DNA of 32,000 nt, taken from assembly GCA_964480435.1 (NCBI GenBank), contig CAYZSS010000003.1, positions 1 to 32,000 on the forward strand, in the 5' to 3' direction. Under the pieces are notes generated by a model. It saw only the letters and a list, made by a program, of their open reading frames with translations. It ran no database searches and was not told the DNA's origin. This stretch comes from an uncultured archaeon. GTDB taxonomy: Archaea > Iainarchaeota > Iainarchaeia > Iainarchaeales > 0-14-0-20-30-16. Shown piece by piece: positions 24,089-32,000 of this stretch; the first letter of the stretch is position 1; every line of letters begins with the position of its first letter. The position numbers were made by a program, and so were the translations under genes.

Positions 24089-24931
24089 ATGCAGATAGAA
24101 ATAGATTTGAATAATTCAGTTTACAAAAGTGCTAAAGACTATTATGACTATGCAAAAAAGCAAAAACTAAAGCTTAAGTCAGCACAAGATAATAGGGAAT
24201 TGCTTTCTAATAACTTAGAAAAATTAAAATTAGAAGATCAAAAAGTTGTAGAAAAAACAAAAATGAAAGAGAAAAGAACAACATTTTGGTTTGAAAAGTA
24301 CGTTTGGAGCCTTTCAACAAATGGGCATTTAATTGTTGGCGGAAGAGATTCAACTACAAACGAAATCTTAATAAAAAGATATTTAGAGAGGGATGACATG
24401 GCTTTCCACACAAATATTCAGGGGGCCGCATTTGTAATACTAAAGCAAGGTAAAAATGCAAAAGAAGTTGATAAAAAAGATGCTGCTCAAATTGCAGCCT
24501 GTTTTTCCAGGGCATGGAAAGAAGGATTTAGTTCAATTGACGTATATTCTATGGCACCTGAGCAAATATCTAAGTCCCCAAACCCAGGGGAATACCTTCC
24601 TAAGGGGTCATTTATAATAAGGGGGGAAAGGCAGTGGCATAAGGATGTGGAGCTTAAGCTTAATATATCTTTAATAAACGGATCAAAATTAGAAAAAGAT
24701 GAAACAGACATATATCTCCCTTTTGTTGGTTCTGAGTCCTCTGTAAAAAAGTATGGGGCCACAGAGAGAGTAATAGTTCAGAAAGGAAGAATGAAAAAAG
24801 GAGAGGCAGCAAAGAAGTTATATTCAAAATATTACTCTTTTTTAAAAGCAAAGCAAAGCCCAATTTTAGCTATTGATGATTATGTGAAATTATTGCCTTC
24901 TGGAGAACTTGATCTAAAAATAGCAAAATAA
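24089..24931 (+). CDS. Stand-alone NFACT-R (DUF814) protein: second coiled-coil arm, NFACT-R domain and C-terminal extension, with no NFACT-N
   Basis: MQIEIDLNNSVYKSAKDYYDYAKKQKLKLKSAQ (the I.LD...NA..YY..YKK.K segment of NFACT proteins), then FWFEKYVWSLSTNGHLIVGGRDSTTNEILIKRYLERDDMAFHTNIQGAAFVILK (NFACT-R core). Confidence 0.8.
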   Translation: MQIEIDLNNSVYKSAKDYYDYAKKQKLKLKSAQDNRELLSNNLEKLKLEDQKVVEKTKMKEKRTTFWFEKYVWSLSTNGHLIVGGRDSTTNEILIKRYLERDDMAFHTNIQGAAFVILKQGKNAKEVDKKDAAQIAACFSRAWKEGFSSIDVYSMAPEQISKSPNPGEYLPKGSFIIRGERQWHKDVELKLNISLINGSKLEKDETDIYLPFVGSESSVKKYGATERVIVQKGRMKKGEAAKKLYSKYYSFLKAKQSPILAIDDYVKLLPSGELDLKIAK

Positions 24932-24974
24932 ATTAAAAAGTAAAGGATATATATCATTTAGTTCTATATTAAAA

Positions 24975-25526
24975 ATGAAAAAATATTTGTTTCCCTATAA
25001 ACAAAGTAACACATATTTCAAATTTTTTAAAAAAGAAAATATTGATTTGATTTTTGTTAGCTGTTTTGCGTTCTTGATTCCAATAATATTTGCAAAACTG
25101 GCTACTTTTCCAAGTCAAATTATTATTGGTACGGCAGTAAACTTTTTGTTGGCTTATGTTGCTCTAAATTATGATATAAAAAAAGCAGGTCCTATTATTT
25201 TGTTGCCTTCTTTTGGAATGCTAATTTCAGGGATTATTTTTGGGGCGCTGTCCATATATTTAATTTATCTGATTCCAGTTATTTGGGTTGGCAATTACCT
25301 ATATGTTTATCTAATACAATACATTAAATTAGGTTATAAAAAAAGTTATTTCATTTCTCTTTTTGCCGGCAGTTTGGCTAAATCTGGACTGTTAACAGCA
25401 ATTACTTTGTTATTTGTTTTTTCTGGTTTTGTACCGCAAATCATGCTATTATCAATGAGTTTAATGCAATTAGTAACTGCTCTTAGTGGTGGTCTTTTTG
25501 CAGGAATTTATTATTTAATAAGGTAG
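24975..25526 (+). CDS. Multi-pass membrane protein (about 5-6 TM; possibly a small-substrate transporter component)
   Basis: 183 aa and strongly hydrophobic throughout. No motif I can assign. Confidence 0.55.
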   Translation: MKKYLFPYKQSNTYFKFFKKENIDLIFVSCFAFLIPIIFAKLATFPSQIIIGTAVNFLLAYVALNYDIKKAGPIILLPSFGMLISGIIFGALSIYLIYLIPVIWVGNYLYVYLIQYIKLGYKKSYFISLFAGSLAKSGLLTAITLLFVFSGFVPQIMLLSMSLMQLVTALSGGLFAGIYYLIR

Positions 25527-25532
25527 ATAAGT

Positions 25533-26240
25533 ATGGGGTTTATTGAAGACTTATATGTGGAATTAAATCAATTAGCAAAAAATCCTGCTAATGTTAAAGA
25601 TTACTCTCGATTTCATAAAGATGGAAAAAAACATATTAGCTTATCATCATCGGTTACTAAAAAACTTTATGCTGAAAAATTTAAACAAGTTAAACATTTA
25701 GACTATAAACAAATATTGGTCTTTTGTGAAAAATTATTGGAATATAAAGAGAGCTCTTGCAGAGGTATGGCATTTGATTGGGCATTTAGAATTAGAAAAA
25801 AATATAAAAAAGAAGATTTTTCTATTTTTGAAAAATGGCTGAACAAATATGTTGATACTTGGGGTAGTTGTGATGATTTTTGTACGCATGCTTTAGGATA
25901 TTTTTTATTAGAATTTCCTGAATTTTTACCTGAATTAAACAGATGGACAAAATCAAAAAATATGTGGGTTAGAAGAGCATCGGCAGTAATTTTAATTTAT
26001 GGGCTAAGAAAAAATAAATTTATTGATAAAACTTTTGAAATTGCAACTATTTTATTGCAGGATCAAGAAGATTTAGTGCAAAAAGGTTATGGTTGGATGC
26101 TTAAAGAAGCAGGTAATAAGTATCAAAAGCAAGTTTTTGACTTTGTTATGAAAAATAAGGCAAAAATGTCCAGAACAGCCTTACGTTATGCAATAGAAAA
26201 AATACCTCCAAACCTAAAAAAAGCAGCAATGGCGCGGTAA
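25533..26240 (+). CDS. DNA alkylation repair protein (AlkD/AlkC-like HEAT-repeat family)
   Basis: WTKSKNMWVRRASAVILIYGLRK...LLQDQEDLVQKGYGWMLKEAG...RTALRYAIEK, characteristic of the DNA_alkylation family. Confidence 0.8.
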   Translation: MGFIEDLYVELNQLAKNPANVKDYSRFHKDGKKHISLSSSVTKKLYAEKFKQVKHLDYKQILVFCEKLLEYKESSCRGMAFDWAFRIRKKYKKEDFSIFEKWLNKYVDTWGSCDDFCTHALGYFLLEFPEFLPELNRWTKSKNMWVRRASAVILIYGLRKNKFIDKTFEIATILLQDQEDLVQKGYGWMLKEAGNKYQKQVFDFVMKNKAKMSRTALRYAIEKIPPNLKKAAMAR

Positions 26241-26300
26241 CCTTTAAAAACATAACAGTAGGAAATATATCTTAATCTAGTAAAATTATTTTTTACAATT

Positions 26301-26382
26301 ACTTGCCTTTTTTTTGAAAAAAGGGTTTTGTATTGTATTTAAGCGACGTTTTTTCGCAACTTGCCTTTTTTTTGAAAAAAGG
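26301..26382. repeat. Two perfect 24-nt copies of ACTTGCCTTTTTTTTGAAAAAAGG (26301-26324 and 26359-26382), each containing a T8-G-A6 palindrome
   Basis: Direct repeat with a 58-nt period. Each copy is preceded by a T6 run (ATTTTTTACAATT / CGTTTTTTCGCA). The copy-2 hairpin (GCC T8 G A6 GGC, 9 bp, 26363-26383) ends 2 nt before tRNA-Asp. A degenerate third copy (TTTTTGAAAAAAG + TTACTTG, 26470-26489) lies just after the tRNA. Confidence 0.8.
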
Positions 26383-26385
26383 CAG

Positions 26386-26457
26386 GCCCAAATGGTCTAG
26401 TGGTTATGATGGGGCCCTGTCGAGGCCTCGATCCGGGTCCGATTCCCGGTTTGGGCG
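26386..26457 (+). tRNA. tRNA-Asp (anticodon GUC)
   Basis: Acceptor GCCCAAA/TTTGGGC. D arm GTCT-AGTGGTTA-TGAT (13:22 mismatch, G10-U25). Anticodon arm GGGCC-CTGTCGA-GGCCT. 4-nt variable loop. T arm CCGGG-TCCGATT-CCCGG. Discriminator G. No CCA. Confidence 0.85.
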
Positions 26458-26502
26458 TTACCTTTTTCATTTTTGAAAAAAGTTACTTGTTTTGTGGTTG
26501 TT

Positions 26503-27117
26503 ATGAATAAAAATTGGATTTATTTGATAGTGATCTTAATTTTAGCCTGCGTTATTGGTATTTATTTTGTTTCTCAAAAGGGATACACTTACAAAAATGA
26601 ATATCAAGAAAATGGAATAACTTTTGAATCAGATTATAATATCTCTGAACTTATCTCAGGCTATAAAGATAATAACTTGTGGGTTCTGTATATGGATGTT
26701 ACTAATCTTAAGGCAAGAGGCAATGAGTATGCATGTAGTATTTTATATAACGAAGTACTAACTGCACATAAATATGGATTTCTTAATATAATGAAAATGA
26801 CTGATGAGAGCAATAATACCTATTGTTGGGCATATGATGCAAAAACCAAAAAAACCCAAAATTATGGGGTTTCTGAATGTGAGGCCTTAAAGAATACTAA
26901 TTTTGTAATAGATTTTGACTCAGAGAATAGCACTAACGAAGTAATTCTTGATCAAAACAAAGTAAAAATATCAACCACGAAAGAAGACGGTTATGCTGTT
27001 TGTACTTTCTTTTTGAACCTTTATTTTGATACAGATGCCGTTGGCACAGCCATAAAAACAAAAATTGACTCTATAGACGGTACTAATCTTATAGACTATA
27101 ATAAACTAAAAAATTAG
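26503..27117 (+). CDS. Membrane-anchored (N-terminal TM) hypothetical exoprotein
   Basis: MNKNWIYLIVILILACVIGIYFVS, then a Cys-containing soluble domain. The track starts at TTG 26473, inside the repeat element. ATG 26503 is preferred. Confidence 0.55.
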   Translation: MNKNWIYLIVILILACVIGIYFVSQKGYTYKNEYQENGITFESDYNISELISGYKDNNLWVLYMDVTNLKARGNEYACSILYNEVLTAHKYGFLNIMKMTDESNNTYCWAYDAKTKKTQNYGVSECEALKNTNFVIDFDSENSTNEVILDQNKVKISTTKEDGYAVCTFFLNLYFDTDAVGTAIKTKIDSIDGTNLIDYNKLKN

Positions 27118-27187
27118 ATCTATTTTTTTCAAAAGGGCAGATAGAAAGGAATAAAAGCTTAGATTAACTATATTATATGTGATAGTT

Positions 27188-27868
27188 ATGGCATTGGATA
27201 AAACGATGGTGAAGGATAATATACGGAGAATAGAAAAAACATTAACCAAAAGCCGAAAACAATTTAGCGAAACAGGGGCTCTTATTAGTGGGTTTCAAGA
27301 AATATATAACTATTTTGAAGATTTAAAAACAAAAACAGCTCTTAGTACAGATGATAAGAAGATAGTTGGGCTGATAATAAAAGCAACTTCTCTTTTGGAC
27401 GGTTACTTTAAATTTTGCTCTGATCTTGCTGATTTACAAGCAAAAATAACTAACATAAATATTAAAGTCAAAGAAGTATCTCTTTTTTTAGAAACATTTA
27501 GAACAACAAGAAAATATAAAGTAAAAGATTCTCAAAAAATCTTTAGATTTTTATCTGGGTTCTTGTCTGGATTTTCAGAGAGTTATATTTTTAAACCAGA
27601 ATTTATAGGCGATATGGATACTGGTGAGTTTATTAGTAAATTAGGGGTAACAAAAGAAGGTCCGTATTTAAAAGTACCATATACTCTTTTACCTAAAGTA
27701 ATAGAATATGCTTATTTGAAAAAAATGAAAAACTTTGTAATTGAGTCACATAACTTAAAAATGATTTTCCAAAAAGATTATGTAATAACAATTTACACTG
27801 AAAATGACATCATAAAAAAAATAGATAGACTTGCAAAAGAAATGGAAATAGATTGTGACCAGAACTAA
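27188..27868 (+). CDS. Hypothetical cytoplasmic protein (helical N-half, mixed C-half)
   Basis: Uninterrupted ORF with no recognisable motif. The start is GTG 27179 or ATG 27188. Confidence 0.5.
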   Translation: MALDKTMVKDNIRRIEKTLTKSRKQFSETGALISGFQEIYNYFEDLKTKTALSTDDKKIVGLIIKATSLLDGYFKFCSDLADLQAKITNINIKVKEVSLFLETFRTTRKYKVKDSQKIFRFLSGFLSGFSESYIFKPEFIGDMDTGEFISKLGVTKEGPYLKVPYTLLPKVIEYAYLKKMKNFVIESHNLKMIFQKDYVITIYTENDIIKKIDRLAKEMEIDCDQN

Positions 27869-27875
27869 TAAAAAA

Positions 27876-29486
27876 TTAAATGCTTTTAACGGTCTTAATG
27901 CCAAGAAGGTTAAGCCCGTTTTTTATTATCTTATTCGATTCTTTTAATATTGCAATTCTATTTTCTAATTTATCTTCATCTCCGCCAATGATTTTTGTTT
28001 CTTCATAATATGAATTTATTAATGAAGATAAATCAAATAAGTATCTTGCTAAAAAGTGAGTAGTTAAATTTTTTACACACTCATCAACCTTATTATTATA
28101 CTGGGCAAGAAGCCGTAATATATCTTTTTCCTTTTCTGTATATACTTCGGTAATTTTTTCACCTTTTGCCTTGGATTTAGTGATTATACTTTGTGTTCTC
28201 ACATAATTATAAAGTAAATAAGGCCCTGTGTCCCCCCTGAGATCTAAACTTTTTTCTAAATCAAACACAAAATTTGCTTTTGCATCGTATTTTAAAATAT
28301 AATATTTCATTGCTGCTAATGTAATTCCTTTTGCAATATCTTGGACTTCTAATTCTGTTAAATCCAGACGTTTTGATTTTGTTTGTTTGTATGCAACAGC
28401 TAAAAGAGCATTATAAAAATCAAAAACAGTTACAATGTTCCCCTCTCTGCTACTTATTTTTCCATTATTTAGTGTTACTGTGCCATAGCCAACATGTGCG
28501 AACTTATTTTCAAAATTTAATCCAAATCTTTTTAGAATTTCTTCAAGTTGTTTAAAGTATAAATTTTGAGAGTTATCTGTAACTATGATGCAATTATCTA
28601 AATCGTAATCAGTAAACTTCTTTTCAGTAAGTGCAATATCAGTAGTGGCATAAATTGTAGTGTTATCTGCTCTTAAAACTACTTTTTCTGGTAATGGGGC
28701 TAATTTTACAATATAATTTCCGCCTCTATCAATTTCTACAACGCCTTCATTATATTTCTCTAAAACCATTTTTCTTCCTGCTTCATAAATGCTACTTTCA
28801 TAATATTCCGCATCGAATTTAATGTCTAGCAGTTTGTATACTTCGTGAAATCCTTTAATAGATACGTCTCTAATGTATTTCCAAATTTTTACTGTTTCTG
28901 GGTCATTATTTTCCCATTTGATTAAAATTTCTTGAGCCAAGTCCTTGTATTTTGGATCTTGTTCTTCTAATTCTGAATATAGGCTATAACAATCATTAAT
29001 GAATTTTGGAGTATCCTCTTTTTTATTTTTATTATTTAGGTATCCTAAAATAGTTTTTGACATGTGTGTGCCTTTGTCATTGTACAATGTAGCTCTAATT
29101 ACTGGTTGTCTTTGTTCAAGTATTCTTGCTAATGATTCTCCCAATATGGCCCCTCTAAGGTGCCCTACGTGCATTTCCTTATTTGGGTTTGGCTGAGAAT
29201 ATTCAATCATTGTTTTTATTTTGCCCTGTTTTGTTTTTTTGGAATTGTAAAAATAAGAAATAGGTTCATAAAAAATGTTCAAAAATAATCCTTTTTGTTC
29301 TACTTTTTCAATACCTTCAACTCTTTCTAATTCTTTTCTTAGTTTTTCAAGTTTTTTATTGTCGGCATCTGTTATTATGTCTTTAGCTATAATTGTTAAA
29401 TCCCCGAATGACTTCTGTTTCGGTCTTATTATGCTGTATTCAGAGAAATATTTTGAGACAATCTTTTTTATATCCATAAAAATCAT
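27876..29486 (-). CDS. argS: Arginyl-tRNA synthetase
   Basis: Class I HIGH motif in SQPNPNKEMHVGHLRGAILGESLARIL. C-terminal DALR-type anticodon-binding region. Start is either ATG 29486 (4-nt ATGA overlap with the aIF1A stop) or ATG 29477. Confidence 0.93.
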   Translation of the reverse strand: MIFMDIKKIVSKYFSEYSIIRPKQKSFGDLTIIAKDIITDADNKKLEKLRKELERVEGIEKVEQKGLFLNIFYEPISYFYNSKKTKQGKIKTMIEYSQPNPNKEMHVGHLRGAILGESLARILEQRQPVIRATLYNDKGTHMSKTILGYLNNKNKKEDTPKFINDCYSLYSELEEQDPKYKDLAQEILIKWENNDPETVKIWKYIRDVSIKGFHEVYKLLDIKFDAEYYESSIYEAGRKMVLEKYNEGVVEIDRGGNYIVKLAPLPEKVVLRADNTTIYATTDIALTEKKFTDYDLDNCIIVTDNSQNLYFKQLEEILKRFGLNFENKFAHVGYGTVTLNNGKISSREGNIVTVFDFYNALLAVAYKQTKSKRLDLTELEVQDIAKGITLAAMKYYILKYDAKANFVFDLEKSLDLRGDTGPYLLYNYVRTQSIITKSKAKGEKITEVYTEKEKDILRLLAQYNNKVDECVKNLTTHFLARYLFDLSSLINSYYEETKIIGGDEDKLENRIAILKESNKIIKNGLNLLGIKTVKSI

Positions 29487-29794
29487 TCTGGGATGTCTAT
29501 TTTATCTAATACCCCATTAGCTCGTAATCTTTTTACTTGATGTGGGTAGTATTTCCATATTATGTCTGCTTTTTTTGGGTCAAAATCCCAAATCTTAACA
29601 ATTACTACGTCATTTTCTCTTAACCATATTTTTTTTCTTAATCTTCCAGGTATTCTGCAAGATCTTTCAATATTATCATCACACATGCCTTTTAAAAATT
29701 CAGCACCGGTTTGTAATGTAATTATTGCTAAATGTTCATTGTTTTTCTCATTTGGCATCTTTAAACTATACTCTGTTCGTGTTACTTCTGGCAA
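29483..29794 (-). CDS. eif1a: Translation initiation factor aIF-1A
   Basis: S1/OB core CRIPGRLRKKIWLRENDVVIVKIWDFDPKKADIIWKY. TTG start with a GGGGGAT SD 4 nt upstream. The first ATG (M13) would delete the conserved N-terminal strand. Confidence 0.9.
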   Translation of the reverse strand: MPEVTRTEYSLKMPNEKNNEHLAIITLQTGAEFLKGMCDDNIERSCRIPGRLRKKIWLRENDVVIVKIWDFDPKKADIIWKYYPHQVKRLRANGVLDKIDIPE

Positions 29795-29804
29795 AAAAAT
29801 CCCC

Positions 29805-30212
29805 CTATATTCTCTTTACCGGAGTCATTGCTCCGCAGGCTTCACATCTGATTACTTGTGCGCCTTTTTCAGTCACAATTTTTGTGTCTGGTTTTTTGCA
29901 CTGTTTACATAATACATAGGTCTCAATGTAGTTATTGTAAACAAATTTTATTTTTTGATTAAGTATTGGTCTATTAAGAATTAATTTACTTCCGTCAATA
30001 TTGCTTACTGCTCCGGTTTCTTTAGCAAAATATTTTGCCATGTGTCCCATATCCCTGTTAAGAGTTTTTGCAGCAGCCTGTAAATTTTTTATAATTGTTT
30101 TCTTACCTTGTATAAGGGCATCTAGCTCAATTATCTCAAAACGCCCCTCAACTTCGGTTTTTGAGGCTATTTTTTCATAGGCTTTGTCTAATAGTATGTT
30201 ATAATCGTCCAT
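29805..30212 (-). CDS. eif2b: Translation initiation factor aIF-2 beta subunit
   Basis: YNILLDKAYEKI..., C-terminal zinc ribbon CKQCKKPDT...RCEACGAMTPV. ATG 30212 has a GTGAT SD 4 nt upstream. The track starts at the GTG inside that SD. Confidence 0.9.
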   Translation of the reverse strand: MDDYNILLDKAYEKIASKTEVEGRFEIIELDALIQGKKTIIKNLQAAAKTLNRDMGHMAKYFAKETGAVSNIDGSKLILNRPILNQKIKFVYNNYIETYVLCKQCKKPDTKIVTEKGAQVIRCEACGAMTPVKRI

Positions 30213-30300
30213 AAATATCACAGTTATCTCAATAAAAGTAAATTATATATATCTAATTGCTAGCACCAATTTATAAAACTTTTACCATAATACTTTTATC

Positions 30301-31839
30301 ATGGACTTAAAAGGAAGAGAAAAACAGATTATTGAACAAAGATTGAAAAAAATTGCAGACCTGGAAGAAGAGGGTATCGAAACATTCCCTAGTAAGGCTA
30401 TAATTTTGGATAATAAAATCTGGAGCGAGGATGTTATTTCTGCGTTTTCAGAACTAAAAGATGAAGAAAAAAGTGGAAAAACAGTAACTCTTGCTGGAAG
30501 AATGATGACAAAACGAGAGTTTGGGAAGTTAAATTTTGTAAGGTTACAGGACCTAAAAGGGTTTATACAACTTATTTTTCAAAAGGAAGACACTCCTGAG
30601 AAAGTAATGGCTCTATTTAAAAAATTGGATGCAGGAGATATTATCGGGGTAAAAGGAGAAGTAGTAAAAACAAAAACAGGGGAAATCTCTGTGCTTGTTA
30701 AAGAAATTCAATTGTTAACAAAATCAATTCTTCCTTTACCTGATAAATATCACGGTATGCAGGACGAAGAAGACAAACTTAGAAAAAGATACTTGGATAT
30801 TATGACAAACCCCGAAATAAAGGCTTTATTTATAAAAAAGCAAATTTTTTGGAGCACTGTGAGAAATTTCTTAGTTAAAGAAGGTTTTTTAGAAGTTGAA
30901 ACCCCTGTTTTGGAAAATTCAGCAGGAGGAGCATCAGCGGAACCTTTTAAAACACACCAAAAAGCCCTTGATATTGATATATATTTGAGAATATCTATGG
31001 GGGAATTGTGGCAAAAAAGATTGTTAGTTGCAGGATATGAGAAAACATTCGAAATAGGTAGACAATTCAGAAATGAAGGAATGGATTTGGAACACCTGCA
31101 AGATTACACCCAGATGGAATTTTACTGGGGATATGCAAATTATGAAGATGGAATGAAATTAGTTGAAAAATTGTATAAAGAAATAACCCTAAATGTCTTG
31201 GGTACTCTTGTGTTTGAATCAAAAGGCTATAAGATAGATATGAGTAAAAAATGGGACCTTTATGATTTTGAAACAATTATAAAAGAAAAAACAGGAATAG
31301 ATATTTACAATAATACAAAAGAAGAAATAGCTGATAAACTTATTGAATTGGGAAAAGAACAAGATCCAAATTTAGATAAGTGGAGACTTATTGATAATTT
31401 GTGGAAATTCTGCAGAAAACAGTTATCTGGACCTGGCTTTTTAGTGGGTCAGCCTGTTGAATTGTCACCTTTAGCAAAAAGAAAGAAAACAGACCCTAGA
31501 AAGGTAGAACAGTTCCAAGTTATTTTTGGTGGAAGTGAAAACGGAAATGGGTATTCTGAATTGAATGACCCTATAGATCAAGAAAAAAGATTTGAGAAAC
31601 AAATGGAACTAAAAGAAGAGGGGGATGTAGAAGCGCAAGATCACGATAAGGATTTTGTAGAGGCTTTGAAATATGGAATGCCTCCTGCCTGTGGTTTTGG
31701 ACTTTCTGAAAGATTATTTTCATTTTTGATGAATAGACCAATAAGGGAATGTGTTATCTTTCCACTTATGAAACCAGAAAATTTTAATACGGAGAAAAAA
31801 GAAAATTTAACAGTTAATACAGAAAATAAAAATAGGTGA
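30301..31839 (+). CDS. lysS: Lysyl-tRNA synthetase, class II
   Basis: N-terminal OB anticodon-binding domain. Class II core EIGRQFRNEGMDLEHLQDYTQMEFY, GGSENGNGYSELND, GFGLSERLFSFLMNRPIRECVIFP. Confidence 0.95.
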   Translation: MDLKGREKQIIEQRLKKIADLEEEGIETFPSKAIILDNKIWSEDVISAFSELKDEEKSGKTVTLAGRMMTKREFGKLNFVRLQDLKGFIQLIFQKEDTPEKVMALFKKLDAGDIIGVKGEVVKTKTGEISVLVKEIQLLTKSILPLPDKYHGMQDEEDKLRKRYLDIMTNPEIKALFIKKQIFWSTVRNFLVKEGFLEVETPVLENSAGGASAEPFKTHQKALDIDIYLRISMGELWQKRLLVAGYEKTFEIGRQFRNEGMDLEHLQDYTQMEFYWGYANYEDGMKLVEKLYKEITLNVLGTLVFESKGYKIDMSKKWDLYDFETIIKEKTGIDIYNNTKEEIADKLIELGKEQDPNLDKWRLIDNLWKFCRKQLSGPGFLVGQPVELSPLAKRKKTDPRKVEQFQVIFGGSENGNGYSELNDPIDQEKRFEKQMELKEEGDVEAQDHDKDFVEALKYGMPPACGFGLSERLFSFLMNRPIRECVIFPLMKPENFNTEKKENLTVNTENKNR

Positions 31840-31843
31840 AATT

Positions 31844-32000
31844 ATGGCTGAAAATAAAGAAGTAAAAGATGTTGAGAAAAAAACAGAAGAACATAAATTA
31901 GATAAAAAAGAGAAACCAGAAAAAAGAAATATTTATGTTGTGGATTATTATATAAAAGATTTAAATTTGGACAAAATGGTTGAGTCCAATATTAAAGAAA
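31844..32000 (+). CDS. Hypothetical protein, 5' part only (runs off the right edge)
   Basis: AGGTGA SD 4 nt upstream of ATG 31844. Open to the window end (MAENKEVKDVEKKTEEHKLDKKEKPEKRNIYVVDYYIKDL...). Confidence 0.4.
   Translation, partial: MAENKEVKDVEKKTEEHKLDKKEKPEKRNIYVVDYYIKDLNLDKMVESNIKE

Noticed and set aside
26301-26382. Direct repeats considered as a CRISPR array
   Set aside because: There are only two full copies, each 24 nt and almost pure T/A palindrome, with a 34-nt spacer, no cas genes, and a position directly abutting a tRNA. Not a CRISPR array.
26299-26489. TTACTTG found on both sides of the tRNA-Asp block, considered as a target-site duplication of a MITE-like insertion
   Set aside because: The 7-mer is part of the duplicated 24-nt module itself (ACTTG also occurs at 26359). 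The supposed terminal inverted repeats are just self-palindromes. No transposase is present.

Overview
AT-rich, tightly packed archaeal chromosome segment. By inference it comes from a small-genome DPANN-like lineage, based on archaeal information-processing genes, very low GC, many lineage-specific surface proteins and a possible split gene. Recognisable genes: aRF1, HAD hydrolase, an NFACT-N (Rqc2/RqcH-like) fragment, TspO, archaeal-type UMP kinase, Dph2, PEP synthase, ribosomal protein L10e/uL16, Orc1/Cdc6, a transglutaminase-like exoprotein, bacterial-type MutS, SepF, a KaiC-like ATPase, a stand-alone NFACT-R protein, an AlkD-like DNA alkylation repair protein, ArgRS, aIF1A, aIF2-beta, class II LysRS, and three tRNAs (Gly-GCC, Lys-UUU, Asp-GUC). 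No transposases, integrases or CRISPR arrays were seen. Observations worth follow-up: (1) NFACT appears as two complementary halves 23 kb apart, and the N-half sits in an operon with aRF1. (2) GCC-T(n)/A(n)-GGC palindromes lie within 2-5 nt of the mature ends of all three tRNAs, with a tandem duplication upstream of tRNA-Asp. (3) A translationally coupled three-gene surface operon (8428-11562) and a 1260-aa surface protein with a lipobox and a C-terminal anchor. (4) A Cys-free helical orphan next to tRNA-Gly whose composition matches the core genes. (5) sepF followed by three hairpins and a tail-anchored protein with two PFW motifs. (6) L10e with a 64-aa K/A/E-rich tail. All functional calls rest on motif recognition by eye; no searches were run.
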